A DNA stretch of 64,000 nt from a virus (lineage: Duplodnaviria > Caudoviricetes), in the IMG/VR virus record IMGVR_UViG_3300028888_000057. One strand, 5' to 3'. Of the stretch, positions 47,475 through 57,200 are shown piece after piece (position 1 is the first letter of the stretch; the number at the start of each line of letters is the position of its first letter). The notes beneath the pieces are model-generated. The model had not been told where the DNA came from. It searched no databases and worked only from the letters and a program-made list of their open reading frames with translations. A program made the position numbers and the translations under genes.

Positions 47475-47585
47475 TTGAGTGGTGGTGCAATAGGTAGACA
47501 CAACCCGGTTGGATATTTGTCTGGATTGGACGAGGAGAAAGCCGGAATAACAATCCATGTGAGGTGCAAATCCTCACCCGCTTAA
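47475..47585 (+). ncRNA. tRNA-like RNA with TGCAAAT T-loop, copy 2
   Basis: TTGAGTGG/CCGCTTAA stem, D arm GTG-CAATAGGTAGA-CAC, T arm identical to the copy at 35832. Confidence 0.55.
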
Positions 47586-47715
47586 CATACAGTCATGAAG
47601 AGGAAGAAAAGAACGATGGATTGACTGGAATGACAAGCGGTTTGAACTCGGGTTTATCCCGGTTCAGCCGAACTTGTCGAATTATTAAAGATTAAAATTT
47701 AAGGAGATTAAAACC

Positions 47716-48363
47716 ATGAAGGAAACAATGACGATCCACAAGGCTTTGAGTGAACTGAAGGTTCTGGATGCACGTATTGAAAGTGAAATTACTGTCACAA
47801 CATTCGTTGTAGCCAACAAGCACAGCAACAAGAAGATCAATGGTGTTGATGTTACTGAGTATGCGGCTACCGTCAAGGATGAATACAAGTCTATCCGGTC
47901 TCTGATTAACCGTCGCAATGCGATTAAGCGTGCTGTTACGCTGTCCAACGCTGTGACGAAGGTTAAGATCGGTGACAAGGAATATACTGTCGCTGAAGCA
48001 ATTGACATGAAGAATGCCGGAATGAATAACTATCAGCGGCTGCTGGATCAGATTGGGAATAATCTCAAGTATGCCCAGCGGAAATGTGAAGGCGAGAACG
48101 GTGAAAAGCTGGATCAGCGAGCTGAATCTTACCTGAAGACTATGTTTGATTCTGCCGATCCCAAGAATCTTTCTGAGGAGATCGAAAAGCAGAGGAAGGC
48201 CTTCATCGAGTCTCAGTCATTCGAGCTGGTAGATCCGATCAATGCTTCTGATGTCCTGAAGGAACTGAAGGACATGACGGATACGTTTATGAGCGATGTT
48301 GATTCGGCTCTGTCCGTGTCTAATGCTCTGACTTCGATTGAAGTAGAGTACGAAACCCTGTAA
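47716..48363 (+). CDS. Coiled-coil protein resembling the DIP1984/septicolysin-like family
   Basis: MT..KAL.ELK.LD.RI, I..SN..T.V.I....TVAEAI, D.ALS.SNA.T.I.V. Confidence 0.65.
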   Translation: MKETMTIHKALSELKVLDARIESEITVTTFVVANKHSNKKINGVDVTEYAATVKDEYKSIRSLINRRNAIKRAVTLSNAVTKVKIGDKEYTVAEAIDMKNAGMNNYQRLLDQIGNNLKYAQRKCEGENGEKLDQRAESYLKTMFDSADPKNLSEEIEKQRKAFIESQSFELVDPINASDVLKELKDMTDTFMSDVDSALSVSNALTSIEVEYETL

Positions 48364-48369
48364 ATAAAG

Positions 48370-48710
48370 ATTGCCTGGACACGAAAATTCTAAACGATAT
48401 TCTCTGTGAGTTTCGCGAAGTCTCTCAGGTCAAATAAATAAAACTTCGCTCCATGGTTTGTAGCGAAAGACTGTAAATCTTTCGAACAAAAGATTGCAAC
48501 TGTTAACTGCAATTTGATGTTTAATAAACATATTTTCTCTGTAAAGCTCAAACCTGAAAGCTGAAAGCTGAAACTTTATCGTTAAAAGTTTAATTCGTGT
48601 AAAGATAAAGGATTATACACTAAAGAGAAAAGTTAGATCAAATCCTGTGTAAAGGTTTGTCGGATGAATATCCTGCCGCTGAAGGCTCCGTCAGGCTGTG
48701 TTCAGGCAAT
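48370..48710 (+). ncRNA. About 340-nt stem-closed RNA with a 7-nt periodic tract
   Basis: 13-bp terminal stem ATTGCCTGGACAC/GTGTTCAGGCAAT; internal hairpins; heptamers at 48539-48638. Confidence 0.7.
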
Positions 48711-48843
48711 TATATTTTTATAAATACCTTTCCGTTTTGTTTATATGCTTCAGGCGTTGTGCATTAAACAGCGCTTACCAGTCCCATCTGGGATGATATA
48801 CCATACACATATCGAAAAATTAGGAAAGAGAGGGATTAAAAGT

Positions 48844-49455
48844 ATGGTTAAGGTTACTGTTATTACTGCTGGAGGACGGAAGACTGACAATTTTGATGAG
48901 GCGATGACTCCGAAGGAAATTTTGGAAGCGCTGGACGTGGATTATTCTGCGGCTACGAACTCTCTGGATGGCGCTCGTCTGGACACTCGGGGCATGAACA
49001 CTTCGCTGCGTGAACTTGGCGTTGGTGAGACCGCTCGTATGACTTCCATTGTGAAGATCGACAATGCGGCTAACATCACGCTGGCTGGTTCTGCGGCCGT
49101 GGTGACCTCCGCCGTTTCTCTGGAAGATCTGAAGCGTGTGGAGAAGTTTGCTCCCGAAGCGCTGAAGATCGTGGACGAGGATGGAGAGACCGTATTCAAG
49201 GTCTGCACTCGGGAGAACTCTGCTGGTTCTATCAACAAGTACGGCGTTGTCTTCGGTTCTGTTGTGAATCATGAAGGCAAGGCGACCGTTACCGTCGTGA
49301 TCGATCCTGATATCGAGGACAAGCGGGAAGCGGTGAAGGACATGATGGGTGCTGCCATTCTGGACCTGAACTCGATCGAGAAGGAACTGCCTGAAGTCCT
49401 GAAGGATATCGCAGAAAAGGAGAAGGAGATCGAAGGCTGCATCGAGCAGAAGTGA
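48844..49455 (+). CDS. Ubiquitin-like (beta-grasp) domain fused to a C-terminal domain
   Basis: V.VTV....T..EIL..L.V......LDG..L......L.ELG......SIVK pattern; highly biased codons; first gene of the E2-JAB-E1 operon. Confidence 0.65.
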   Translation: MVKVTVITAGGRKTDNFDEAMTPKEILEALDVDYSAATNSLDGARLDTRGMNTSLRELGVGETARMTSIVKIDNAANITLAGSAAVVTSAVSLEDLKRVEKFAPEALKIVDEDGETVFKVCTRENSAGSINKYGVVFGSVVNHEGKATVTVVIDPDIEDKREAVKDMMGAAILDLNSIEKELPEVLKDIAEKEKEIEGCIEQK

Positions 49456-49463
49456 TCTTCTTT

Positions 49464-49499
49464 GGAGGGCGGCTTGCGATAGTCGCCCTCCTTTTTTTT
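49464..49499 (+). terminator. Intrinsic terminator or attenuator between the Ubl and E2 genes
   Basis: GGAGGGCGGCT/AGTCGCCCTCC plus T8. Confidence 0.75.
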
Positions 49500-49525
49500 A
49501 GAAAAATTCAAGGAGATTACGAAAA

Positions 49526-50947
49526 ATGTTTAGAAATAACGTTGAAGTATTTGACCCCATCCCAAAGGAATATCTTGATCAGTTCAAGAGACCGCTTAAT
49601 TCGTTTGACTATGCGTTGGATGTTCTTGGCCTTGCACTGCTGAAGCCAAGGATTGAAAATTATAATGGTATTGAAGGTGTCTTCTGTAGTTATGAATCTC
49701 TGCAGACAGCCGTTGAAGATTGCAAACCTGAACTCAGAACGCAAAATCCACAGTTCTACTTTATAACATTCGAAAACAATAGCGAAGATGTTGATTTCTC
49801 CGCTTTCAAAGACTTCACTCGTTTCACAAGGTTTGAAGAATATCTTAAGAAGAATGCTGACCGCAACGCAGTAATCTTCTATCATGAAACTGAAAACATT
49901 GTTTATATCTTTATTGACAGCAGGCAGCTGAACATTTATCATCTATGTCTGTTCATGCTGTCCAAGTATTATCCGGCTCTGTTTAAAGCACATCCGTTAA
50001 CTGAGAAGGAACTGATTCTGACCAAGACGTTATCAAAAACGGATCGTGAGGCATTCCAGAATGAAATCATGAACAACCTTGGCGATCTGACTGAAGTGTT
50101 CAAGAAGATCCGAATCGCTTCTTTGATTCGTCAGTTCCACCAGAACAAGATCGATGTCGCAAAGAAGGATCTGGCACAGATCGAATCTATGCTTCGCGAT
50201 GTTATGGAACAGTACGCAAATTACTCCAAACAGCGGAAAGAAAAACTTGTGTGGCTGACAGGACTGAATGAAACGGAAAACGAAACTGAGGAAGAAAAGG
50301 AAATCGTTGAGTATCTGTCGACCAACAGCAAGATTCACGACGTTAAGATTCAGGACGGGCGGATCAAGTTCAGCGTTGCAACAGAAATGATGCAGTATAA
50401 TCCTGATGCATATGAAATCTATGCAAAGAAAGGATATATCTTTGATGGCCACTATAACGAGTGGTGGGCAGACATGTCTACTTTGACAGGAGTGTTCGCA
50501 GAACGTGACAACAGAAAACTTCTGCTTGATCATATCTTCAATGAAGATCCTGATTATCGTATCAAGCTGTGTGGTAACTACGATCTGGATATGAACGATA
50601 ATGAAGTCAGAACCAATTCGGATTATCGATACGTTGGATCTGCATTTGAAGACTGTTTGCCGAATCCGCATCTGAGAATTCATCGTTGCCTGGGTGGATA
50701 TGAAGAAAAGATCATGAATGCTCTGTACAACAACGAACTGATGAGCGCACTGGAACTGTGCGTATATAGTGCTGGATCTGTCGATCTGGACGAAACTGAA
50801 CAGACCTTCCGGCCACTGATTGGCTGGCTTTGTACTACTCAGAAGAAATGCCTGTTGGATCGAGACGGAAACAGTTTAACGCCGGAAGAAGCGATTGTTC
50901 AGATCAAAGACAAGGAGAAAGAAAATGAAGCCGATTGTGCTGACTGA
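49526..50947 (+). CDS. Coiled-coil protein with C-terminal prokaryotic E2-like domain
   Basis: PNPHL....CLG motif resembling the E2 active site; operon context. Confidence 0.6.
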   Translation: MFRNNVEVFDPIPKEYLDQFKRPLNSFDYALDVLGLALLKPRIENYNGIEGVFCSYESLQTAVEDCKPELRTQNPQFYFITFENNSEDVDFSAFKDFTRFTRFEEYLKKNADRNAVIFYHETENIVYIFIDSRQLNIYHLCLFMLSKYYPALFKAHPLTEKELILTKTLSKTDREAFQNEIMNNLGDLTEVFKKIRIASLIRQFHQNKIDVAKKDLAQIESMLRDVMEQYANYSKQRKEKLVWLTGLNETENETEEEKEIVEYLSTNSKIHDVKIQDGRIKFSVATEMMQYNPDAYEIYAKKGYIFDGHYNEWWADMSTLTGVFAERDNRKLLLDHIFNEDPDYRIKLCGNYDLDMNDNEVRTNSDYRYVGSAFEDCLPNPHLRIHRCLGGYEEKIMNALYNNELMSALELCVYSAGSVDLDETEQTFRPLIGWLCTTQKKCLLDRDGNSLTPEEAIVQIKDKEKENEADCAD

Positions 50948-51764
50948 TAAAGCAAAAGAAGTAATGATGAAGCACTTCATGGAGAAATTCAACAAAGCTC
51001 TCGATGAATATGCGTTCAATATTGACAAGAAAAAGTTTTCCTTTGAAGCTGAGATAAATCAAGTTGCCAAAGAAAAGGTTCATATTGTTTATAGCCCGAC
51101 AGCATATCTGAGAATGCTGAAGCTTGTTAATTATTATGAGTCTGAAGTAACTTGGTATGGTTTGGTTAAGAGGCTCGACGAAAAGACGTATCATGTCTAT
51201 GATGTGATCGTTTGTCCGCAGTACGTATCTGGTGCCAAAGTCGATACGGATGATGATGAAACGATGGAGTTCTTCGGTAATCTGACGGATGAGCAGGCTG
51301 AAAATATGTATTATCAGGCGCATAGTCATGTGAACTTCTCGACCGAAGCTTCTGGTGTTGACTTGCAGAATCAGATTGATATTCTGGGTAATATGCTGAA
51401 TAAAGATGGATTCTTCCTGTTCCAGATTTGGAACAAGAAAGGAGAAGTCAGCACTTATCTGTATGATCTCGGAGCCAACATCTTCTACGATTCCAAAGAT
51501 GTAGTCATGGAGATCGAAGATCCGGATTATGAATCTCTGGATGCGTTTGTCGAAGCCAATAAATCCTTGGTGAAAAAAAGAGAAGTAAAACCAGTCGCAA
51601 ACATCGGAAGAAACGATGGATGGTACGGTGATTGGCCGAAAGGCGCAGCCGGATACGGATCTGGTTACGGTTCCGGTTATTATGGTGGATACAACAGAAA
51701 TGATGATGCATATTATGTAAATGGATACAATTATCAGAATGGGAGGTTCTTTGACGAAGAATGA
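50925..51764 (+). CDS. JAB/JAMM metallopeptidase
   Basis: E(V)..YG and HSHVNF....SGVD; Gly/Tyr-rich tail. Confidence 0.85.
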   Translation: MKPIVLTDKAKEVMMKHFMEKFNKALDEYAFNIDKKKFSFEAEINQVAKEKVHIVYSPTAYLRMLKLVNYYESEVTWYGLVKRLDEKTYHVYDVIVCPQYVSGAKVDTDDDETMEFFGNLTDEQAENMYYQAHSHVNFSTEASGVDLQNQIDILGNMLNKDGFFLFQIWNKKGEVSTYLYDLGANIFYDSKDVVMEIEDPDYESLDAFVEANKSLVKKREVKPVANIGRNDGWYGDWPKGAAGYGSGYGSGYYGGYNRNDDAYYVNGYNYQNGRFFDEE

Positions 51765-52447
51765 ACTTAGCAAAGAGTTTTGAATTCTTTAATCCTGAAA
51801 AGGTAAAGGATCGTATTCATATTATCGGATGTGGTTCTGTCGGATCAACGGTTGCAGAACTGTTAATTCGGGATGGTCTGAAGAACTTCAGCCTGTACGA
51901 TTTTGATACAGTAGAAGAACATAATCTTGTAAACCAGATGTTCACCGGGGACGATCTGTATAAGCCTAAAGCACACTGTGTAAAGAATCGGATGATCCAT
52001 GTGGTTCCTGAGTCTGATCGAAAAGAACTCAGCGAAACGATCAAGGTGTATGATAAAGGCTGGACGGGTCAGAGGCTGTCTGGTTACATTTTCCTCTGTG
52101 TGGATAATATCGAACTTCGAAAGAAGATCGTGGAAGACAACATGTATAATAACTCTGTCAAAGCGATGTTTGATTTCAGAACGGCACTGACAAGTGGTCA
52201 GCACTATGCAGCTGACTGGTCTGACGCAAAACAGATTGCAGATTTGTTGGACACAATGGATTTTACACATGCAGAGGCTGAAAAGAACACACCGCTGTCT
52301 GCCTGTAAGGTATCGATGTGTGTCGCTCCGACGGTCTGGGCTGTAGCGATGGCCGGGGTTGTAAACTTTATGAACTTTGTAAAGGACGGAATCATTCGGA
52401 ATCAAGTTATTGTAAACCCGTTTGATTTCAATATCATTGAACTTTAA
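51761..52447 (+). CDS. ThiF/E1-like adenylyltransferase
   Basis: IIGCGSVGS, DFDTVEEHNL.NQ, CVDN..R, candidate catalytic Cys in SAC. Confidence 0.9.
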   Translation: MNLAKSFEFFNPEKVKDRIHIIGCGSVGSTVAELLIRDGLKNFSLYDFDTVEEHNLVNQMFTGDDLYKPKAHCVKNRMIHVVPESDRKELSETIKVYDKGWTGQRLSGYIFLCVDNIELRKKIVEDNMYNNSVKAMFDFRTALTSGQHYAADWSDAKQIADLLDTMDFTHAEAEKNTPLSACKVSMCVAPTVWAVAMAGVVNFMNFVKDGIIRNQVIVNPFDFNIIEL

Positions 52448-52451
52448 TGAA

Positions 52452-52732
52452 TTATCATAATGAAAACGTAGAAATACTCTTTAGATGTTATTTAAAGGAA
52501 CGATTGGCTGGATGAGTAGGTCGCTGCGGGCAGGTCCTGAAGGCGCCCAGTGGAGTGTCGATCCGCTGGCAGAGAGGCTGGACGGAGGTGGCAGGTCAGC
52601 GCGATCCGACTGAAAACCGGGAAAGTGGAGATTCAAATCCGGAGAAGACGACCAATTGGATCTCGAACGCGTCCAGCGGGCCCTGGAGGAGCACCTCGTG
52701 CGGCAGCGGATTTTCCTTTTAGATTATGATAA
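52452..52732 (+). ncRNA. Retron-like msr/msd RNA, upstream copy
   Basis: Inverted repeat TTATCATAAT/ATTATGATAA, G at 52462 directly after the stem, GC-rich nested stems. Confidence 0.7.
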
Positions 52733-52742
52733 GGATAATAAT

Positions 52743-53867
52743 ATGATTTACATAACAAGAAAAAGAATTGCAATACCCAAACAAGTGACTTTGGAAGACA
52801 TCTTGTTGGACCGAGAAATTCCGGAGTTAAAAGATATAGGAACAAGCACACTGACAAGAGTTTATCCTGAAACTCCAGATGAGCTTAAACATTGTTTCAA
52901 TATTGATTTATTAATCAAATGGTTGAATGACTTCAATGAACGACATGCTGAGCTATTCCAAAGAGATAGAAACAGTATGTATTATCAGTTCAAAATACCA
53001 AAGAAAACAGGAGGATTCAGAGAAATTGATGCTCCTGTCAAAGAGTTGCAGAGCGCGCTAACAGAAGTGGTTAATTTTCTAAAGAATCAATGCAATATTC
53101 TGTATCATACGGCGGCATTTGCCTATATCGAAGAGAGAAGCACGGTAGATTGTGTCAGAAGACATCAGAAAAACAATAGCAATTGGTTCCTGAAACTGGA
53201 TATTAAGAGCTTCTTTCCAAGCACTACGCTGAAGTATCTGATGCACATCAGCAGCATGACGTATCCACTGTCGGAAATCTGCAAGGTTCCAGAGGGAAAG
53301 TCAGCGTTGGAGAGGACATTCAGTCTTGCTTTTAAAGATGGCAAATTGCCACAGGGAACAACATTAAGTCCGTTGATTTCGAACATTGTAATGTTGCCAA
53401 TAGACTTTAAGGTCTTCAATACATTGGCAGCAAGAAAGATTGTATATACTCGTTACTGCGATGATATGATTATCTCGGCTCAGGAGAAGTTTCCGTGGCA
53501 GGAAGTTGTAAAGATTGTCAAAGATGCTTTTACAGAAATGGGAGCACCATATCGGATCAATGACGAAAAGACAAGGTTTGGATCAAAGAAAGGAAGTAAC
53601 TTTAATCTCGGATTAATGCTGAATGGAAACAATGATATCACTGTAGGTTATAAGGCGAAGAAACGCTATAAAGCTGCGCTGTGTTCATTTATCCAGGATA
53701 CAATCCATGGAAATCGTTGGCCGCTGGAAGATGTAACGCATCTGAACGGGCTGACAAGTTACTATCGCTATCTGGAGAAAGAATATTTTGATCAGATATG
53801 GAAAAGAGCAAGCGAAAAGTGGAACGTAGATATTGGTGCTTTGTTTAAATCATATCTATCAACGTAA
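52743..53867 (+). CDS. Retron-like reverse transcriptase (374 aa)
   Basis: IPKKTGG.R.I.AP, AFAY, LKLDIKSFFPS, LPQG..LSP, YTRYCDD, NLGL; no maturase or endonuclease domain. Confidence 0.9.
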   Translation: MIYITRKRIAIPKQVTLEDILLDREIPELKDIGTSTLTRVYPETPDELKHCFNIDLLIKWLNDFNERHAELFQRDRNSMYYQFKIPKKTGGFREIDAPVKELQSALTEVVNFLKNQCNILYHTAAFAYIEERSTVDCVRRHQKNNSNWFLKLDIKSFFPSTTLKYLMHISSMTYPLSEICKVPEGKSALERTFSLAFKDGKLPQGTTLSPLISNIVMLPIDFKVFNTLAARKIVYTRYCDDMIISAQEKFPWQEVVKIVKDAFTEMGAPYRINDEKTRFGSKKGSNFNLGLMLNGNNDITVGYKAKKRYKAALCSFIQDTIHGNRWPLEDVTHLNGLTSYYRYLEKEYFDQIWKRASEKWNVDIGALFKSYLST

Positions 53868-54008
53868 ACAATGAAGAGGCAGTTACATGCACTTTTGATG
53901 TGATTAGAAGAGAAGAAATGGTATTTAGTCTGATGATACTATCGGTATTTTCAGGGATAAATTCCTGAAAATACAGCTATTATCATAACTAAAGTTTAGA
54001 TTGTTTAC
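53864..54008 (+). ncRNA. Retron-like msr/msd RNA, downstream copy
   Basis: Inverted repeat GTAAACAAT/ATTGTTTAC, G at 53873 after the stem, long hairpin at 53924-53993. Confidence 0.7.
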
Positions 54009-54011
54009 TTT

Positions 54012-54046
54012 TAGTGCGGATGCCTCGGGTGTCCGCACTATTTTTT
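54012..54046 (+). terminator. Intrinsic terminator closing the Ubl-RT operon
   Basis: TAGTGCGGATGCC/GGTGTCCGCACTA plus T6. Confidence 0.8.
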
Positions 54047-54076
54047 CATGTTATGCAATTATATTTGATAAAATCT

Positions 54077-54163
54077 TTGAAGCCATGCGAAACGAGCCTT
54101 AAAGGTAAAACACAAAATAGTTAGGTACCGAACTATGAAGCCATGCGGAACACAACATAAAGG
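54077..54163 (+). promoter_or_regulatory. Two tandem putative phage promoters with a palindrome between them
   Basis: TGAAGCCATGCG..TAAAGG twice; TTAGGTACCGAA at 54121-54132. Confidence 0.6.
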
Positions 54164-54226
54164 AAGAGAAAATTATTCCGTATCGGAATTCACATAAATA
54201 AAAGATGATGGAAGGGGGCTCAACAT

Positions 54227-57200
54227 GTGTCTTCGGTGAAGACATACCTGCAAGATCAGGTAAGGTTGGTAACGCTGAGCAGTAACGATTTATTTACAGA
54301 TGATGAATATAGTCAATATGTAAAGATCGTGCAGCTAGGCAACACGTACAACGAAAGGATCGGAAAAGGAGAAGACAAGGATACTCTGAAGCCAATTCTC
54401 CGGGAAAAAGAAAAGCTCAAAGAAAAATTGTCAACAACTATTCAGAAAAGAGGGGAGAATCCTCGGGTTGTTAATCTGAACATGGTTGTTCATCATTCCA
54501 AAGACTCTCCATTTCCATTTCCGAAAGGTATTACGTGGAAAAATCTCAAAATCACACGCAGGATTGCAGAATTTTCATGTGAACTGACAAGAGCAATGGG
54601 TCTCAATAATCTGGACTGTACGCTTGATCTGATCGTGATTAAATGGAAAGACTTGAATCTTCTGAAGCAGCTGGTACTGTATGGATTCTATATGCCGATT
54701 CTCCATGGAGACGAAGTTGAAATGAGACACTATCAGTTTCTGACTGCATCAGCCGGACAGTTGAGACGCGACAAAACAATCTTCATTTCGGATGAGATGT
54801 GGAACAAGATTCACAGACGCATCGAGTGTGGAATGAACTGGGAAAGAATCAATGTTCATGGAGGTATCGTCGCAAATAAACTGCTGGCTTATATTGCGTT
54901 GGCTAACAGTGCTACGGATGTCTGGACGGACTTTGATATTGACCGGTGTATTGTCATAGACGATTTCGAGGCTGAAGTAACTGATCGAATGATGTATATT
55001 AAGGAAGATTATACATATGAGATCGGTAAACGAACGGTAATGATCAACCACACTGATGGATGTGGAATGATGCTGCCAACAGTCTCGAAACTGAATTTTA
55101 TGACAAGACTGCCATTCATCAAAGGATTGCTTGTGAGCTTTGATTATATTAAATTCTGCAAAGTCAATAATGTTCCTCCGATTATCAAGGATATTTATGG
55201 CAAAGAACATGACCTGATTAAAGAAAATATACAGATAATCTTTACGAAGAGTATGTTCAAAGCCTATAAGTATTTTGAAAGCTTCGAAGAGTACAAAGCA
55301 GAATTTAAAGCATGTGGCGCACAGGCCGGAATTACCAATTATGAAGAAGAGTATATTCCGGATGCGACATTGAATTATCAATTCATTCAAACACTAGTAA
55401 ATTTTACTGATGAGGAGATACAACAATTCATCAAAAATGATCATGATAAGATTGAAAAGCTTGGAACCAACAAAGATTCAATGTTGAACACGTTGGGAGC
55501 CAGAAAGGAATCTGACAATCCTTATAAAGCGGCGCTGGCATACTATCCGGAACTGTTGAGAGAAGCGTATAGCAAAGAAACGATTCGAGCGATCAGGAAG
55601 AGTATGATGCTGGATGCAAAGTCTGGAAAGATTCACTGCGAAAACAAGAGATTGTTTGCAGTACCTGATCTCTACGCCGCCTGTGAGCGGTGGTTTATGG
55701 GGATCGAAGAACCAGAAGGATTGTTAAGGGGAAATGAAATAGCTTGTCTGCCGTATAGAAGGCATGATAAAGCAGATGTTCTAAGAAGTCCGCATTAACA
55801 TAGGTGCCTTTACACAGTAATGTGTATCGAAAAATGTGGTTAACCTGTAAATACAGGGTGTCGCTGAAAAGCGGCTAACGGAGAACGAACTAAACGATAG
55901 AGTTTGGAGGTGAGAAAATGAGCAAGCTTAAAGATTTAACTGGACGGATGTTTGGATTTCTTTACGTTCAAAGAAGAATGCCTAATTATGTTCAAGAAAA
56001 CGGAAGAACAAGAACGAGATGGCTAACAACGTGTCTCTTGTGTGGAAAAGCTTATGTTGCAGATGGTAGTCATTTGCTGCACGGTGATATTATTAGTTGT
56101 GGCTGTTTTAAGAACATGAAAAGCGCATTAAGAGGTCAAGAATATACAGGCGTCCAGAAACCAATTCGAGATTTGACCGGCATGAAATTTGGATATCTTA
56201 GAGTAATTGAAAGATGCGAAAATTTTGGGCCAAAAACAGCATGGTTATGTTTGTGTGAGAATTGTGGCAGTTATACAAAGGTTCGCTCGAATCATCTCCT
56301 TCGAGGATTAGTATCCAGTGATGGCTGTATAAAGTCTGTAAGAGAAGAGCAAATGGCAAAATGGTTTAATGAACACAAAATTCCATTTGAAAGAGAATAT
56401 ACTTTTCCAGACTTATTAGGCGAAGGTGGAAGTAATCTAAGATTCGATTTTGGTTTAATAGACAAGAAAAATAATTTAATTTGTTTAGTTGAATATCAAG
56501 GAGAACAACATGGTTTAGATAAAACTGGAGAGTTTGGCAGACAACAAAGAGAACAAACTGACAAACAAAAAATTGATTATTGTTTAATAAACCATCTTGC
56601 TTTTCAAAGTGTTTGGTACAATAGAGATTTTGAAGAGCAAATGCAAGAAATCGAAAAGTTCTATCGCAAGTCAACTGCCGTGCCAAACCGGAAAACCGGA
56701 AGGTGTATCGACTATCCCGAGAGGGAGTAGGGTTCAAGTGAAACTCTTGAATTCGAAACGCCACACAACCCGTAAGGGCTGATGACATAGTCAACTCCGC
56801 TACGAAATATCGGGAAACCGACGGTACGAAGGTTAGCAATGGAACATTTTATCTGCCCAATTGTTCATGATCAGAAAATATATGATTGGTTTTATACAAA
56901 CGGAGTCGTAACTTCTTGTCACAGCATGGTATCGAGGGTGCTCCAGTTCGATGTCGATGGAGATCAACTTAACGTAATTGTTGATCCGTTATTCATTAAG
57001 GTTGCTGAAAAGAATATCAAAGAGTTTGACGTGGTTCCATTATTCTATGACGCAGAGAAAGGTGATGCTACTCTGATGTCAAAGGAGGCACAGTTTGAAG
57101 GTCTGAAGATTGCCCATGAATATTCAGGTATCGGAGAAATATCAAACATGCTGACAAGACTATGGAATCGAAATACTCAGGACAGGATTGCTGCCGCATT

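Noticed and set aside
52500-52715. Upstream msd as a restriction-site decoy (GGCGCC, TCCGGA, CAATTG, ACGCGT, GGGCCC)
   Set aside because: Five 6-bp palindromes in about 220 nt is close to the roughly 3-4 expected by chance, so there is no support without a formal test.
52656-52742. N-terminal extension of the RT given in the ORF track (TTG start)
   Set aside because: It lies inside the structured RNA, and ATG 52743 has its own AAGGA RBS.
52743-53867. RT as part of a diversity-generating retroelement or group II intron
   Set aside because: I saw no TR/VR pair differing at adenines, no Avd-like gene, no maturase or endonuclease domain and no domain V. The flanks fit retron architecture better.
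55796-55798. Stop-codon reassignment or pseudogenes explaining the split RNAP, helicase and tail genes
   Set aside because: Each break is explained by a group I intron whose removal restores a conserved motif, and I saw no suppressor tRNA.
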